Positions 28,329-37,750 of a stretch of DNA of 64,000 bases are shown here, in pieces. Location: the NCBI GenBank assembly GCA_963719225.1, contig CAVRAY010000001.1, forward strand, positions 3,168,001-3,232,000, written 5' to 3'. The DNA is from Thermoanaerobaculia bacterium (GTDB lineage Bacteria > Acidobacteriota > Thermoanaerobaculia > UBA5066). A program made the translations under genes and the position numbers. The notes under the pieces are model-generated. The model searched no databases and had not been told where the DNA came from. It saw only the letters and a list, made by a program, of their open reading frames with translations. The first letter of the stretch is position 1; every line of letters starts with the position of its first letter.

Positions 28329-29201
28329 ATGGCCTGGATCTCCAAGGACACCCGCCTCCTCGTGCAGGGCCTCACGGGCCGCGAGGGCAAGTTCCACGCG
28401 CTTCAGAGCCGCAACTACGGAACCGAGGTCGTCGCCGGCGTCACGCCCGGCAAGGGCGGAACGACGGTCGAAGGCATTCCCGTCTTCGACTCCGTGCTCG
28501 CCGCGGTGAAAGCCACGGGAGCGAACGCGTCGATGGTCTTCGTGCCCCCGCCGGCCGCGGCCGACGCGATCATGGAGGCTTCGGACGCCGGCGTTCCCCT
28601 CATCGTCGCGATCACCGAAGGCGTTCCGGTGAACGACATGATCCGCGCGAAGGATTTCCTCGCCAGGGGCACGAGCCGCCTCGTCGGCCCGAACTGCCCC
28701 GGCGTCATCCGCCCTTCGGCGAAGGTCAAGATCGGCATCATGCCTGCCCGCATCCACCGCGCGGGCTCGGTCGGCGTCGTCTCCCGCTCGGGAACGCTCA
28801 CGTACGAGGCCGTCGGGCAGACGACCGGCCTGGGCATGGGCCAGTCCACCTGCATCGGCATCGGCGGCGACCCCGTGAACGGCACGAACTTCATCGACGC
28901 GCTCACGCTCTTTCGCGACGATCCGGAGACGGAATCCGTGATCCTCATCGGGGAGATCGGCGGCAGCGCCGAGGAGGAGGCGGCGTGCTGGATTGCCGGC
29001 AACCTCAAGAAGCCCGTCGTCTCGTTCATCGCGGGCCGCACGGCGCCTCCGGGCCGGCGCATGGGTCACGCGGGCGCGATCATCTCGGGCGGAAAGGGCA
29101 CGGCCGCCGAAAAAGTGAAAGCGCTGCAGGCAGCGGGCGTTCACGTCGTGGACTCGCCCGCGCTCATGGGCGAAATGTTGAAGAAGGTGCTCGGGAAGTA
29201 G
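28329..29201 (+). CDS. sucD: Succinyl-CoA synthetase alpha subunit
   Basis: [32 protein letters not shown]. Confidence 0.98.
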   Translation: MAWISKDTRLLVQGLTGREGKFHALQSRNYGTEVVAGVTPGKGGTTVEGIPVFDSVLAAVKATGANASMVFVPPPAAADAIMEASDAGVPLIVAITEGVPVNDMIRAKDFLARGTSRLVGPNCPGVIRPSAKVKIGIMPARIHRAGSVGVVSRSGTLTYEAVGQTTGLGMGQSTCIGIGGDPVNGTNFIDALTLFRDDPETESVILIGEIGGSAEEEAACWIAGNLKKPVVSFIAGRTAPPGRRMGHAGAIISGGKGTAAEKVKALQAAGVHVVDSPALMGEMLKKVLGK

Positions 29202-29207
29202 CTCGGG

Positions 29208-29615
29208 TCAGCGTCTCGCGGTGAACTCCTCGGGGGAGAGGACGCGGCGAGGAAAGGCCTTCGCGAGCTTGCGATCAGCGCTGACGAGCGGCAGGCCGAG
29301 GCGCTGGGCTGCGAGGACGAACTCAGCGTCGTAGGCGGAGATCCTTCCCTGCTCCGCCAACCCGAGGCACGCCTCCGTGTCATCCTCGAGGGCGGTGTCT
29401 GTCACGAGTCGATCTGCTTGCTCGAAGGCTTCGACGGCGCCGGCCAGCTTCATTTTGCCGGCTCGCATCGTGGTGGCCAGGGCATTGCGGAGCTCGGACC
29501 GCCAGAGCGCTGGAGCCACCCACTCCGTGTCGGCCTCGAGCACCGCGAGGGCGGCGTCGGATCGTCCACCGGGAACGACGGCGTAGGCGATCAAGTTCGT
29601 GTCCACGACGATCAT
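29208..29615 (-). CDS. vapC: PIN-domain toxin (VapC)
   Basis: MIVVDTN...E...SAYDAEF...LVSADRKL; 4-nt overlap with the antitoxin gene. Confidence 0.88.
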   Translation of the reverse strand: MIVVDTNLIAYAVVPGGRSDAALAVLEADTEWVAPALWRSELRNALATTMRAGKMKLAGAVEAFEQADRLVTDTALEDDTEACLGLAEQGRISAYDAEFVLAAQRLGLPLVSADRKLAKAFPRRVLSPEEFTARR

Positions 29616-29857
29616 GGACGCCCCTCTCGCCGGGCTCGCTCGAGCAGCGCATCCGTCAGAATCGGTCGGGAACCGAGCCTCTTGTGAAGTCGCCGCAACG
29701 CGGCGATGGTCTCTTCGGCTGAGCGCTTCCGAAGGGCGACGCTGCGCTCGAGGCGGGACAACGCTTCCTGGTTGAGGCTCCGCCGGTTCTGCTTTGCCTC
29801 CTCCTTCAGCTGTACGACCAGCTCCTCCGGGACGTTCTTGAGCGTCAACGTCGCCAT
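29612..29857 (-). CDS. FitA/Arc-like ribbon-helix-helix antitoxin
   Basis: MATLTLKNVPEEL...AKQNRRSLNQE; AGGAGG RBS. Confidence 0.88.
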   Translation of the reverse strand: MATLTLKNVPEELVVQLKEEAKQNRRSLNQEALSRLERSVALRKRSAEETIAALRRLHKRLGSRPILTDALLERARREGRP

Positions 29858-29953
29858 GGCTTCCTCCTACATCCATTATGGAACCGTTTCGGTTCTTTGG
29901 ATAGAGCCCGCACAAGCCCTTGAGACCTGCCCTGACTCCGCGAACTCCGCCCT

Positions 29954-30403
29954 CTACGCTCCAAACTGCCTCAGGTGGTGGTCTAGGTGCTTGTGCATGA
30001 GGATGCCCCACTCGTCGCCCTTCAGGCGGCCGAAGAACGAGTGCATGCGGCCGTCCGCCGACGAGGCGCCGGCGTCCGCGAAGCGGTTGAGGAGGCCGAG
30101 GAGCCGAGCCTTCTCTTTCGTGAAGTCGCGCGTGTCGGACACGACGAATCCCGGATCGGTCGGAGAGTTCTTCGAAAAAGGCTCCTCGCCGAGAAACTTC
30201 TTCTTCACGAACGGAGCGAACACCTTCCCGATGAAGGCCTGATTCTTCGGCACGTCTCCGGTCGCGACCTCCAGCGCCGCGGCGCAGTGCGCGCACATCT
30301 GCGCCGGGTCCATCTTCCCCCACTGGCGCGTCGCGCCGGCCTGGAGGTTCCCGAGGCGGTCGAGGATCTGCTGTCGATCGGAAGTTTCGAAGAGGTTCTT
30401 CAT
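29954..30403 (-). CDS. DUF1569/DinB-like protein
   Basis: RQWGKM..AQM.AHC, HSFFG.L...EW....KHLDHHLRQFG. Confidence 0.88.
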   Translation of the reverse strand: MKNLFETSDRQQILDRLGNLQAGATRQWGKMDPAQMCAHCAAALEVATGDVPKNQAFIGKVFAPFVKKKFLGEEPFSKNSPTDPGFVVSDTRDFTKEKARLLGLLNRFADAGASSADGRMHSFFGRLKGDEWGILMHKHLDHHLRQFGA

Positions 30404-30471
30404 GCGCGGAGCCTATTCAAGAACCGCGTGTCCCGGCAAGTCGCAAGCGGCCGCGTATACTCCGCGGCCGC

Positions 30472-30885
30472 ATGGAAAAAACGTTCGCCATCATCAAGCC
30501 CGACGCCGTCGAGTCGAAGAACGCGGGGAAGATTCTCACCCGCATCGAGGCCGAAGGCTTCCGCGTCCTGGCATTCAGACGGCATCGCATTTCGACGGCC
30601 GAAGCCGAGTCGTTCTACGGCGAGCACCGCGCCAAGGGCTTCTTCTCCTCCCTCGTCGCGTACATGACTTCCGGTCCGGTTTACGTCGCCGTCCTCGAGC
30701 GCGAGAACGGCGTCGCGCATTGGCGCGCGGTCATGGGCGCGACGGATCCCGCGAAGGCCGACGCCGGCACGATCCGGAAGGAATTCGGACAGTCCATCGA
30801 GCGCAATGCCGCGCACGGCTCCGCGAATGCCGCGGATGCGGCTCGCGAGGTTACGTTCTTCTTTTCCGCGGCGGAGCTCCTCTGA
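30472..30885 (+). CDS. ndk: Nucleoside diphosphate kinase
   Basis: TFAIIKPDAV, MTSGP, MGATDP, GTIR, NAAHGS. Confidence 0.97.
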   Translation: MEKTFAIIKPDAVESKNAGKILTRIEAEGFRVLAFRRHRISTAEAESFYGEHRAKGFFSSLVAYMTSGPVYVAVLERENGVAHWRAVMGATDPAKADAGTIRKEFGQSIERNAAHGSANAADAAREVTFFFSAAELL

Positions 30886-31009
30886 GCCGATCGGCTCGTG
30901 TAACCCCTACTTGGGTCGCCGCGGCGCCGCTGGCGGCCCCTTTGCTCTACGCAATTCAGAAAGGCGCCGACACTCCTCCAAGGAGTGCGCCCGCGACTCG
31001 CCACAATTG

Positions 31010-31972
31010 ATGCTGATGCAGAGACTTCCGTTTCTTTCGATCCTCCTTGCGCCCGCCCTGACGACGGGCGCCGGGCTTTCGGCGCAGGTCTCCACGCCGG
31101 CAAGAACTACCAGTGCGGTGTCCGTGGGCTACGTAATGGTGCCCTTCGTCCTCACCGACTTGAGGGGTAAGCCCATCCAGGACCTCAAGGAAAAGGACGT
31201 CACGCTCCTCGTCGACGGCCAGCCCGTCGTGACCGATCTCTTCTCCCGGAGCGACGACGCGCCCGTGTCGTTCACGATTCTTCTCGACGGCTCCGGCTCG
31301 ATGGGCCTCGTCGGGAAGATGGACGGCGTCAAAGCCGCCCTGCGCGCCCTCGTCCAGCAGCGGCTCCCCGGTGATGACTTCGCCCTTTACGTATTCGCGG
31401 CTGGCGCCGTGCGCGAGGAGGTCCCCTTCACGTCCGATGCGGCACGGCTCCTCGCGGCCGTCGACACCGTGAAACCCGCCGGCCGCACCGCGTTCTACGA
31501 TGCCCTCGCGAGGATGCCCGACCGGACTCTCCTCGGCAAGAACGGCTCGCGCGCGATCGTCCTCCTGACGGACGGGATGGACAACGCGTCCCAGCTCACG
31601 CGCGACGACCTCGCCGTCATGCTCGAGGGCGTGGACGTCCCGGTGTACCCCATCGGGCTGCGCTCTCCCGGCGTCCCGCTCGTCCCGCCGCCCGGCGTCA
31701 CCCCGGAGGCGCTCGTGAACCTCGAGATCCTCGGCCACATCGCGCGCCTTTCCGGAGGCGTGCTCTCGATCGTCGACGAGCCCGCGCAGCTGCCGGCCGC
31801 GATCGCGCGCGTCGAAAAGGACCTGCGCGCGCAGTACCTGATGGGTTTCACGCCCACGGGCACCGGACCGGTGCGCTACCGCCGCATATCGCTTCGACTT
31901 TCAGGCCCTGCACGACCCGTCCGCGTCCGGGCGGGCTACCGGGGCACGCTGCCGCCTCTCAAGGGCGGTTGA
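31010..31972 (+). CDS. Exported Acidobacterial VWA-domain protein
   Basis: MIDAS DGSGS, TAFYDAL, LLTDGMD, LSGG, DLRAQYLMGF. Confidence 0.85.
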   Translation: MLMQRLPFLSILLAPALTTGAGLSAQVSTPARTTSAVSVGYVMVPFVLTDLRGKPIQDLKEKDVTLLVDGQPVVTDLFSRSDDAPVSFTILLDGSGSMGLVGKMDGVKAALRALVQQRLPGDDFALYVFAAGAVREEVPFTSDAARLLAAVDTVKPAGRTAFYDALARMPDRTLLGKNGSRAIVLLTDGMDNASQLTRDDLAVMLEGVDVPVYPIGLRSPGVPLVPPPGVTPEALVNLEILGHIARLSGGVLSIVDEPAQLPAAIARVEKDLRAQYLMGFTPTGTGPVRYRRISLRLSGPARPVRVRAGYRGTLPPLKGG

Positions 31973-31991
31973 ACACGGAACAGGAGGACTC

Positions 31992-32624
31992 ATGAAGACC
32001 CCCGTCACTTTCCTCGCGGCCGCCCTCGGCCTGTCGCTCGTCGGTTGCGCGACGACGAGCGACGTCGACAAGAAAATTGCGGAATCGCAGGGCAAGACCG
32101 ACAAGAAGATCGAGTCGGTCGAGACCCAGGTCGAGCAGCTCCAGGAGGGCCAGAAGGCGACCACGGGCAAGCTGGAGGAGCACGACAAGCAGATCGAGCA
32201 GATCGGCCAGTCCGCCAAGGACGCGCTCGCCCGCGCCCAGGAAGCCGGCGTCCTCGCGAAGGGGAAGATCGTTTTCCAGCAGTCCTTCGCGGAAGACCGC
32301 GTGCGCTTCAAGATCAATTCCTTCGAGCTGACGAAGGAGGCGAAGTCCGCCCTCGACGAGTTCGCAGCGAAGGTCAAGGGACTCGACAAGGGTGTGTACC
32401 TCGAGATCCAGGGCCATACGGACGACACGGGCGGCACGGACTACAACGATCAGCTCGGCCAGCAGCGCGCCGAGGCCGTCCGCCGCTACCTCGCCCGCCA
32501 GCACAAGATGCCTCTCGGCCGAATGTCGACGATCTCCTACGGCGACACGCTCCCGGTCGAGACGAACAAGACGGCGCTCGGCCGCTCCAAGAACCGCCGC
32601 GTCGTGATCGTCGTGCTCGAGTAG
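31992..32624 (+). CDS. OmpA-family lipoprotein with coiled-coil
   Basis: Lipobox LVGC; IQGHTD..G...YN..LG..RA..V, ISYG, NRRV. Confidence 0.92.
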   Translation: MKTPVTFLAAALGLSLVGCATTSDVDKKIAESQGKTDKKIESVETQVEQLQEGQKATTGKLEEHDKQIEQIGQSAKDALARAQEAGVLAKGKIVFQQSFAEDRVRFKINSFELTKEAKSALDEFAAKVKGLDKGVYLEIQGHTDDTGGTDYNDQLGQQRAEAVRRYLARQHKMPLGRMSTISYGDTLPVETNKTALGRSKNRRVVIVVLE

Positions 32625-32652
32625 GAAAAAGAGAAAGCAACGGGGGATTCTG

Positions 32653-32680
32653 CAGCGGGCGCTCACGGGCCCGCTGATTT
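32653..32680. terminator. Hairpin between convergent genes (putative terminator)
   Basis: CAGCGGGC-N8-GCCCGCTG followed by a T-rich tract. Confidence 0.5.
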
Positions 32681-33610
32681 CTAAGAATTCTTTCTCTTCT
32701 TTCTTTTCCTCAATTCCTCTAACAGCCTCTGAAAGTCCGCCGGAGGATCCGCGTCGAGCGAGACTTTCTTGCCTTCCGCCGTCGACCAGCCGAGGTGTCC
32801 CGCGTGGAGCGCCTGGCGCTGCAGCGACACGGGAAAAGGCGGCTTCTTCGGGTCCCGGTAAACCGGGTCTCCCACGAGGGGATGGCCCGCGCTCGCGAAG
32901 TGGACGCGGATCTGGTGCGTGCGGCCGGTCTTGAGGCGGGCCTCGACGAGAGTGGCGAGGCCGAAGCGCTCCATGACGGTCCACTCCGTCACCGCGCGAA
33001 TGCCCGCTTCGCCCGGCTTCGCGACGCCACGACGACGGTCGCCCCGGTCCTCGACGAGATCGCGGTCGAACGTCCCCGCGTCGCCCGCGAGGTCTCCCTC
33101 GACGACCGCGCGGTAGCGCCGCTCCATCGTGTGCGCCCGGAGCTGCGCCTGCAGAGTGATGAGGCCGCGCCGGCTCCGCGCGAACACGAGGATGCCGGAC
33201 GTCTCCTTGTCGAGCCGGTGAACGACGGACACGAACGTCCGGTCCTTTCCTCCGTGCCGCCTCTGCACGTATGCCGAGACCCTGCCGAGAAGAGTGTCCA
33301 CCTCTTTCGCCTCGGTCGGATGCGTGAGGAGCCCGGAAGGCTTCACGACCGCGATGGCGTCGTCGTCCTCGTAGAGAACGGCGAGGGACGTCTGGACGCG
33401 ACGCTCCTTCCGGAGGTTGCGGTCCCACCGCAGCGCCACGTCCCGCGAGATGATCGCTCCCGGGTCGTTCACGACCGTCCCGTCGACGGTCACCTGACCC
33501 TCGAGGACCGCCCGTTTGAGGCGCGTCGCGGACTCTTCGGGATAAATCGTCTGGAGGCGGCGGACGATGCGGAGGCTGCCCTCGGCGTCCGCGGCCGGGC
33601 CGCTCTTCAT
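32681..33610 (-). CDS. RluA/RluD family pseudouridine synthase with S4-like N-domain
   Basis: KPSGL, VHRLDKETSG, TGRTHQIRVH, GDPVY, QALHA. Confidence 0.93.
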   Translation of the reverse strand: MKSGPAADAEGSLRIVRRLQTIYPEESATRLKRAVLEGQVTVDGTVVNDPGAIISRDVALRWDRNLRKERRVQTSLAVLYEDDDAIAVVKPSGLLTHPTEAKEVDTLLGRVSAYVQRRHGGKDRTFVSVVHRLDKETSGILVFARSRRGLITLQAQLRAHTMERRYRAVVEGDLAGDAGTFDRDLVEDRGDRRRGVAKPGEAGIRAVTEWTVMERFGLATLVEARLKTGRTHQIRVHFASAGHPLVGDPVYRDPKKPPFPVSLQRQALHAGHLGWSTAEGKKVSLDADPPADFQRLLEELRKRKKRKNS

Positions 33611-33661
33611 CCCGCCATCGTCGCACGAACGGCGCGCGCTCCTCACGCGTAGACTTCCCCC

Positions 33662-34933
33662 ATGACCCGCTCTTTGGTTTTCGCGCGGCGCCGCGCCCGT
33701 TTCTTCGACGGAATGAAGGAGGGGGTCGCGCTGCTCTTCGCGACACCCGAGGCGGCTTACGGCCACGACGTTCATTACCGCTATCGGCCGGATCCGGACC
33801 TCTTCTATCTGACCGGGTTTCCGGAGCCCGAGGCCGCCGCGCTCCTCGACGCGGAGCGCCGGACGCTCACTCTTTTCGTCAGGCCGAAAGACCGCGCGAA
33901 GGAGACCTGGGAAGGCCGCCGCAGCGGTCCCGAAGGGGCCGTACGCGATCATGGAGCGGATCGCGCGTACGCGTTCGGAGAGCTCGCGAAACGCCTCCCC
34001 GACCTCGTCCGGCGCGCGAACGTCCTCCATTACGCCTTCGGCGCCCACGCCGAGGGCGACCGAATCGTCGCCTCTCTTCTCGCGCGATTCCGCCGCGAGG
34101 CCCGAAGCCCCAGGCGCGGACCGTCGGCCGTGGCGGATCCGACGGACCTCCTTCACGCCATGCGCCTCGTGAAGGGGCCGGAGGAGATCGCGCTCATGGA
34201 GCGCTCCGCGGCCATCGCCGTCGCCGCGCACCGGGAAGCGCGCCGCCGCGCGAAGCCCGGCCTCTTCGAATTCCAGCTCGAGGCCGCGATCGACGCGCGA
34301 TTCCGGGCGATGGGCGCGAGCGGGCCCGCCTATCCCACGATCGTCGCGTCCGGGGAGAACGCGACGATCCTGCATTACACGGAGAACCGGCGGCGCATCG
34401 GCGCCGGCGACCTGGTTCTCGTGGACGCGGGCTGCGAGCTCGAGGGGTACGCGTCCGACGTGACGCGCACCTTTCCCGCTTCGGGCCGCTACACACGTCC
34501 GCAGCGGCGGCTCTACGACGCGGTCCTCTCGGCGCAGCGCGCCGCGATCGCGGCCGTCAGGCCAGACGCGGCGTGGGACGCGCCGCACGACGCGGCGCGC
34601 GACGTTCTCCTCGACGCGCTGCTCGAGGCCGGGATCCTCCGCGGCAAGCGCGCGACGCTTCTCAAGAAGAACGCCGTCCAGCGCTTCGCCCTGCACCACA
34701 CGTCGCACTGGCTGGGCCTCGACGTCCACGACCGGGGCCGCTATCGGGACGAGGCCGGAGCCGCGCGGAGACTGGAGCCCGGCATGGTCCTCACCGTCGA
34801 GCCCGGCCTCTACGTCCGCGCCGACGAGACGGGCGCGCCGAAGGAGTACCGCGGGCTGGGCGTCCGTCTTGAGGACGACGTCCTCGTGACGGAGACGGGC
34901 TCGCGCGTCCTGACCGAAGGCGCCCCGAAGTAG
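33662..34933 (+). CDS. pepP: Xaa-Pro aminopeptidase (M24B)
   Basis: FYLTGF.EP, LHY, DAG.E..GYASDVTRT, HWLGLDVHD, TVEPGLY, RLEDD. Confidence 0.93.
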   Translation: MTRSLVFARRRARFFDGMKEGVALLFATPEAAYGHDVHYRYRPDPDLFYLTGFPEPEAAALLDAERRTLTLFVRPKDRAKETWEGRRSGPEGAVRDHGADRAYAFGELAKRLPDLVRRANVLHYAFGAHAEGDRIVASLLARFRREARSPRRGPSAVADPTDLLHAMRLVKGPEEIALMERSAAIAVAAHREARRRAKPGLFEFQLEAAIDARFRAMGASGPAYPTIVASGENATILHYTENRRRIGAGDLVLVDAGCELEGYASDVTRTFPASGRYTRPQRRLYDAVLSAQRAAIAAVRPDAAWDAPHDAARDVLLDALLEAGILRGKRATLLKKNAVQRFALHHTSHWLGLDVHDRGRYRDEAGAARRLEPGMVLTVEPGLYVRADETGAPKEYRGLGVRLEDDVLVTETGSRVLTEGAPK

Positions 34934-34934
34934 G

Positions 34935-36209
34935 TCATCTCGCCGGCAACCGCGCGGGCTCGGCCCAGACGTCCTTCCTCAGCTCCGTCGCGACGCCTCC
35001 GCGGTTCTCGAGCAGCGCCCGCGCGGAAAACAGAATGTGCCCCGAGGCTCCGACCTGCGCGCGCGTGCGGCGGATCTGCTCGGCAATCTCGGCCGCCGGC
35101 CAGCCCTTCCCTTCCTCGCCCACCCGGCTCGCGGCGAGGCCGGGCCAGAGGAGACGTCCCTGGGTGTTCTGTCCCGCCCACCACGCGAGGAGCGCGGGGA
35201 AGCTCTGCTCCCTCTGGTCGATCGGCCAGTAGAGCTGCGGCGCGAGATAGTCCACCCAGCCGCGCTGGAGCCACGTGCGCGCGTCAGCCGAGATCTCCTC
35301 GTACGCGTCGAATCCCTTGACCTGCGCCGGCCGCCCGGGCCGCCAGATCCCGAAAGGGCTGATCCCCACACGCACGTTCGGCTTCAGCGCCTTCACGTCG
35401 TCGTGAAGGTTCTTGACGAACTTGTTCACGTTCCAGCGGCGCCAGTCTTCGTGGCCGAGAGCGCCGCCGGAAGCGACATACGCGGCGAAGCTCCGCTCGT
35501 CCGGAAAGTCCACGGCATTCCCGGCCGCGTTCTTCTCCGGATAGGGGTAGAAATAATCGTCGAGGTGGATGCCGTCCACGTCGTAACGCCGTACCACGTC
35601 GAGGATCACGGCGCGTGCGTGCGCCGCGACGTCCTCCTCGCCGGGGTCCATCCAGAGCTGCTTCCCGTAGGCTCTCACGAGGTCCGGACGCCGGCGTGAG
35701 ACATGAGCCGGCGCCGCAGGCGAGATCGGGCTCGCCGTCCGCGCGCGATAGGGATTGAACCAGGCGTGAAGCTCCATCCCGCGGCCGTGAGCGCTCTCGA
35801 TTGCGAAGGCGAGCGGGTCCCAGAGCGGCTCCGGTGGAACGCCCTGGGTGCCGCTCAGCACCTCGGACCAGGGCTCGAGCGCGGACGGATAGAGTGCGTC
35901 GGCGGCGGGCCGCACCTGGAAGATCACCGCGTTCGCGTTCAAGGCCGCGAGGGTGTCGAGAAGGGTGGTGAGCTCCTGTTTCTGTCGTGACGTCGACAGG
36001 CCGGGTGCCGATGGCCAGTCGAGATTTCCGACCGTCGCCACCCAGACGCCGCGAAGCTCCTGGCACGCCGCGGTGCGCGCGGGAGGGGGCGTTCGCTTTA
36101 CGGCCGGCACGACCGACACCGGGACGGGCGCAGGAGCCGGCGCCCCGCAGCCGGCCAAGAGCACGGGCGCGAACGTCGCCGAAAGCCTGAGTGCCCTGGA
36201 GATCTTCAT
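34935..36209 (-). CDS. Family-10-like glycosyl hydrolase lipoprotein (YddW/DigH type)
   Basis: Lipobox LAGC; ELRGVWVATV.NLDWPS, HAWFNPYR, DGIHLDDYFYPY, GISPFGIW, PQLYW. Confidence 0.9.
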   Translation of the reverse strand: MKISRALRLSATFAPVLLAGCGAPAPAPVPVSVVPAVKRTPPPARTAACQELRGVWVATVGNLDWPSAPGLSTSRQKQELTTLLDTLAALNANAVIFQVRPAADALYPSALEPWSEVLSGTQGVPPEPLWDPLAFAIESAHGRGMELHAWFNPYRARTASPISPAAPAHVSRRRPDLVRAYGKQLWMDPGEEDVAAHARAVILDVVRRYDVDGIHLDDYFYPYPEKNAAGNAVDFPDERSFAAYVASGGALGHEDWRRWNVNKFVKNLHDDVKALKPNVRVGISPFGIWRPGRPAQVKGFDAYEEISADARTWLQRGWVDYLAPQLYWPIDQREQSFPALLAWWAGQNTQGRLLWPGLAASRVGEEGKGWPAAEIAEQIRRTRAQVGASGHILFSARALLENRGGVATELRKDVWAEPARLPAR

Positions 36210-36213
36210 GGTC

Positions 36214-37734
36214 TCAACGTTGAAGTTGCCGGAGCCGCGTGGGACCGCCCTCCCGCGCGGCGTCGGAAGGCAGCCATTCTCGGACGACTCCGTCGTCCGT
36301 CACGAGACACTGCGGCCCCGGCATCGAGCGCAGCCGGGCCGACAGCGTCCGGTTGCGATCAGGGCTGTGATAAGGAATGAACCGGACGCGCTCGTCGCTC
36401 AGGAACTGGAGTACGTAGGCCGTGTCGTAGCCGCCGTGGCAGACCGTATAGCCTCCCTCGGCGATCTTCCCGAGTGGTGCCCGGAGGTCGGGCTCGGAGA
36501 GAATTCCGGCGACGACGGCCCGGGCCTGCCGCGCCAGAAAAACCACGAGAAAGAGGGCGAGCCCCGAGGAGGCGAGCGCGAGGAACCAGGCCGGGATCCT
36601 GCGCCGCAGGCGACTCACGGTTTCGGCGAAGATGACGATGAGGAGCACGAGCGCGGCCGGGAGGGCGGGCGTCAGGAACCGAAGCTGGGACGATGTGATG
36701 TCCTTGAGGAGGAAGACTGCCGTTCCCAGCGCGACGATCGCCACCACGAGATCGAGACCTTCGAGCCTCGGCTCCTCCGTCCGGAGAGGAAGCTTCTCGC
36801 GGCGCACATACACGACGACGAGAAGGGTGACGAAGGCGAAGGCGACCGCAGCGAGAAACAGCGGCGGCACGAGACCTTCGAGCCCGACGATTCGCCAGGA
36901 ATCCGTTCCGAAGAACTGAACGAGGCGGGCGAGGCTGCCGGAACGGCGCCACACCGGCACGACGGGACCGAGGGACGGCTCGTACCACCCCGCGAGACGC
37001 CCCATCCAAACAGGTGCGTAGCCGACCACGAAGCCCGCGAGCACGAGGACGATGAAGCGCGCCCCGTTTCGCCAGCAGCGAAAGAGGACGAGCGAAGCTA
37101 CCGGCACCAGGACGAAGACGATCGTCTGGTTCATCCACCAGCCGATTCCCGCGAGAAGCCCGAAAAGGAAGTGTCCGACGGGGCGGTCCAAGAAGGGACG
37201 GGGCCGCGTCAGAGCTCCGGTGGCCAGGAAGAACAGCACGGATGCCAGCGCGAACGCCATCTCGGGCCCCAGTTCGCTCCCGTGTACGGCGGACAGGCGG
37301 ATGAGGTGAGGCGGACCGATCGCAAGCCAGAGACCGGCGGCCGTCGCGATCACGCGACCGAAGAGTCTCGTCAGCCCCTGGACGAAGAGACAAATGCCGA
37401 AAGCAAGCTCGCTCATGCTGGCAAGACGCAGCGAAATCGGGCCGCCCTCGGCTCCGACGCCAGCAGGATCCAGGATCGCCCTGCGGATGACAGCGGCAAG
37501 AGCGGGCGTCAACGGCCCCTGGTAGTTCTGGCCCCAGAAGAAGACGTCGAAGCCCTTGCCGTCGTGGATCTTCTTGGCCATCAGGCCGAAGATCGCGCTG
37601 TCCCCGTTCCAGCCGCGAAAGGCGGCTTCCTTCGTGAGGAGCGGGAGCCGGACGAGGACGAAGACGGCGAGGATCGCTCCGATCGACGCCGTGCTCCAGG
37701 CCGCCGACGTCCAGTCCTTTCCTCGAGACGACAC
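36214..37734 (-). CDS. Polytopic membrane protein, GT-C (ArnT/PMT-like) glycosyltransferase
   Basis: NGDSAIFGLMA..I, FFWGQNYQG, GIGWW; many TM helices. Confidence 0.7.
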   Translation of the reverse strand: MSSRGKDWTSAAWSTASIGAILAVFVLVRLPLLTKEAAFRGWNGDSAIFGLMAKKIHDGKGFDVFFWGQNYQGPLTPALAAVIRRAILDPAGVGAEGGPISLRLASMSELAFGICLFVQGLTRLFGRVIATAAGLWLAIGPPHLIRLSAVHGSELGPEMAFALASVLFFLATGALTRPRPFLDRPVGHFLFGLLAGIGWWMNQTIVFVLVPVASLVLFRCWRNGARFIVLVLAGFVVGYAPVWMGRLAGWYEPSLGPVVPVWRRSGSLARLVQFFGTDSWRIVGLEGLVPPLFLAAVAFAFVTLLVVVYVRREKLPLRTEEPRLEGLDLVVAIVALGTAVFLLKDITSSQLRFLTPALPAALVLLIVIFAETVSRLRRRIPAWFLALASSGLALFLVVFLARQARAVVAGILSEPDLRAPLGKIAEGGYTVCHGGYDTAYVLQFLSDERVRFIPYHSPDRNRTLSARLRSMPGPQCLVTDDGVVREWLPSDAAREGGPTRLRQLQR

Positions 37735-37750
37735 GTCCCGCGGCGGCCTT

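Noticed and set aside
30895-30960. c-di-GMP-I riboswitch-like words (GCAAAG...GGGGTTAC) on the minus strand
   Set aside because: The GNRA-capped P2 stem and tetraloop receptor are missing, and the orientation is antisense to the flanking genes
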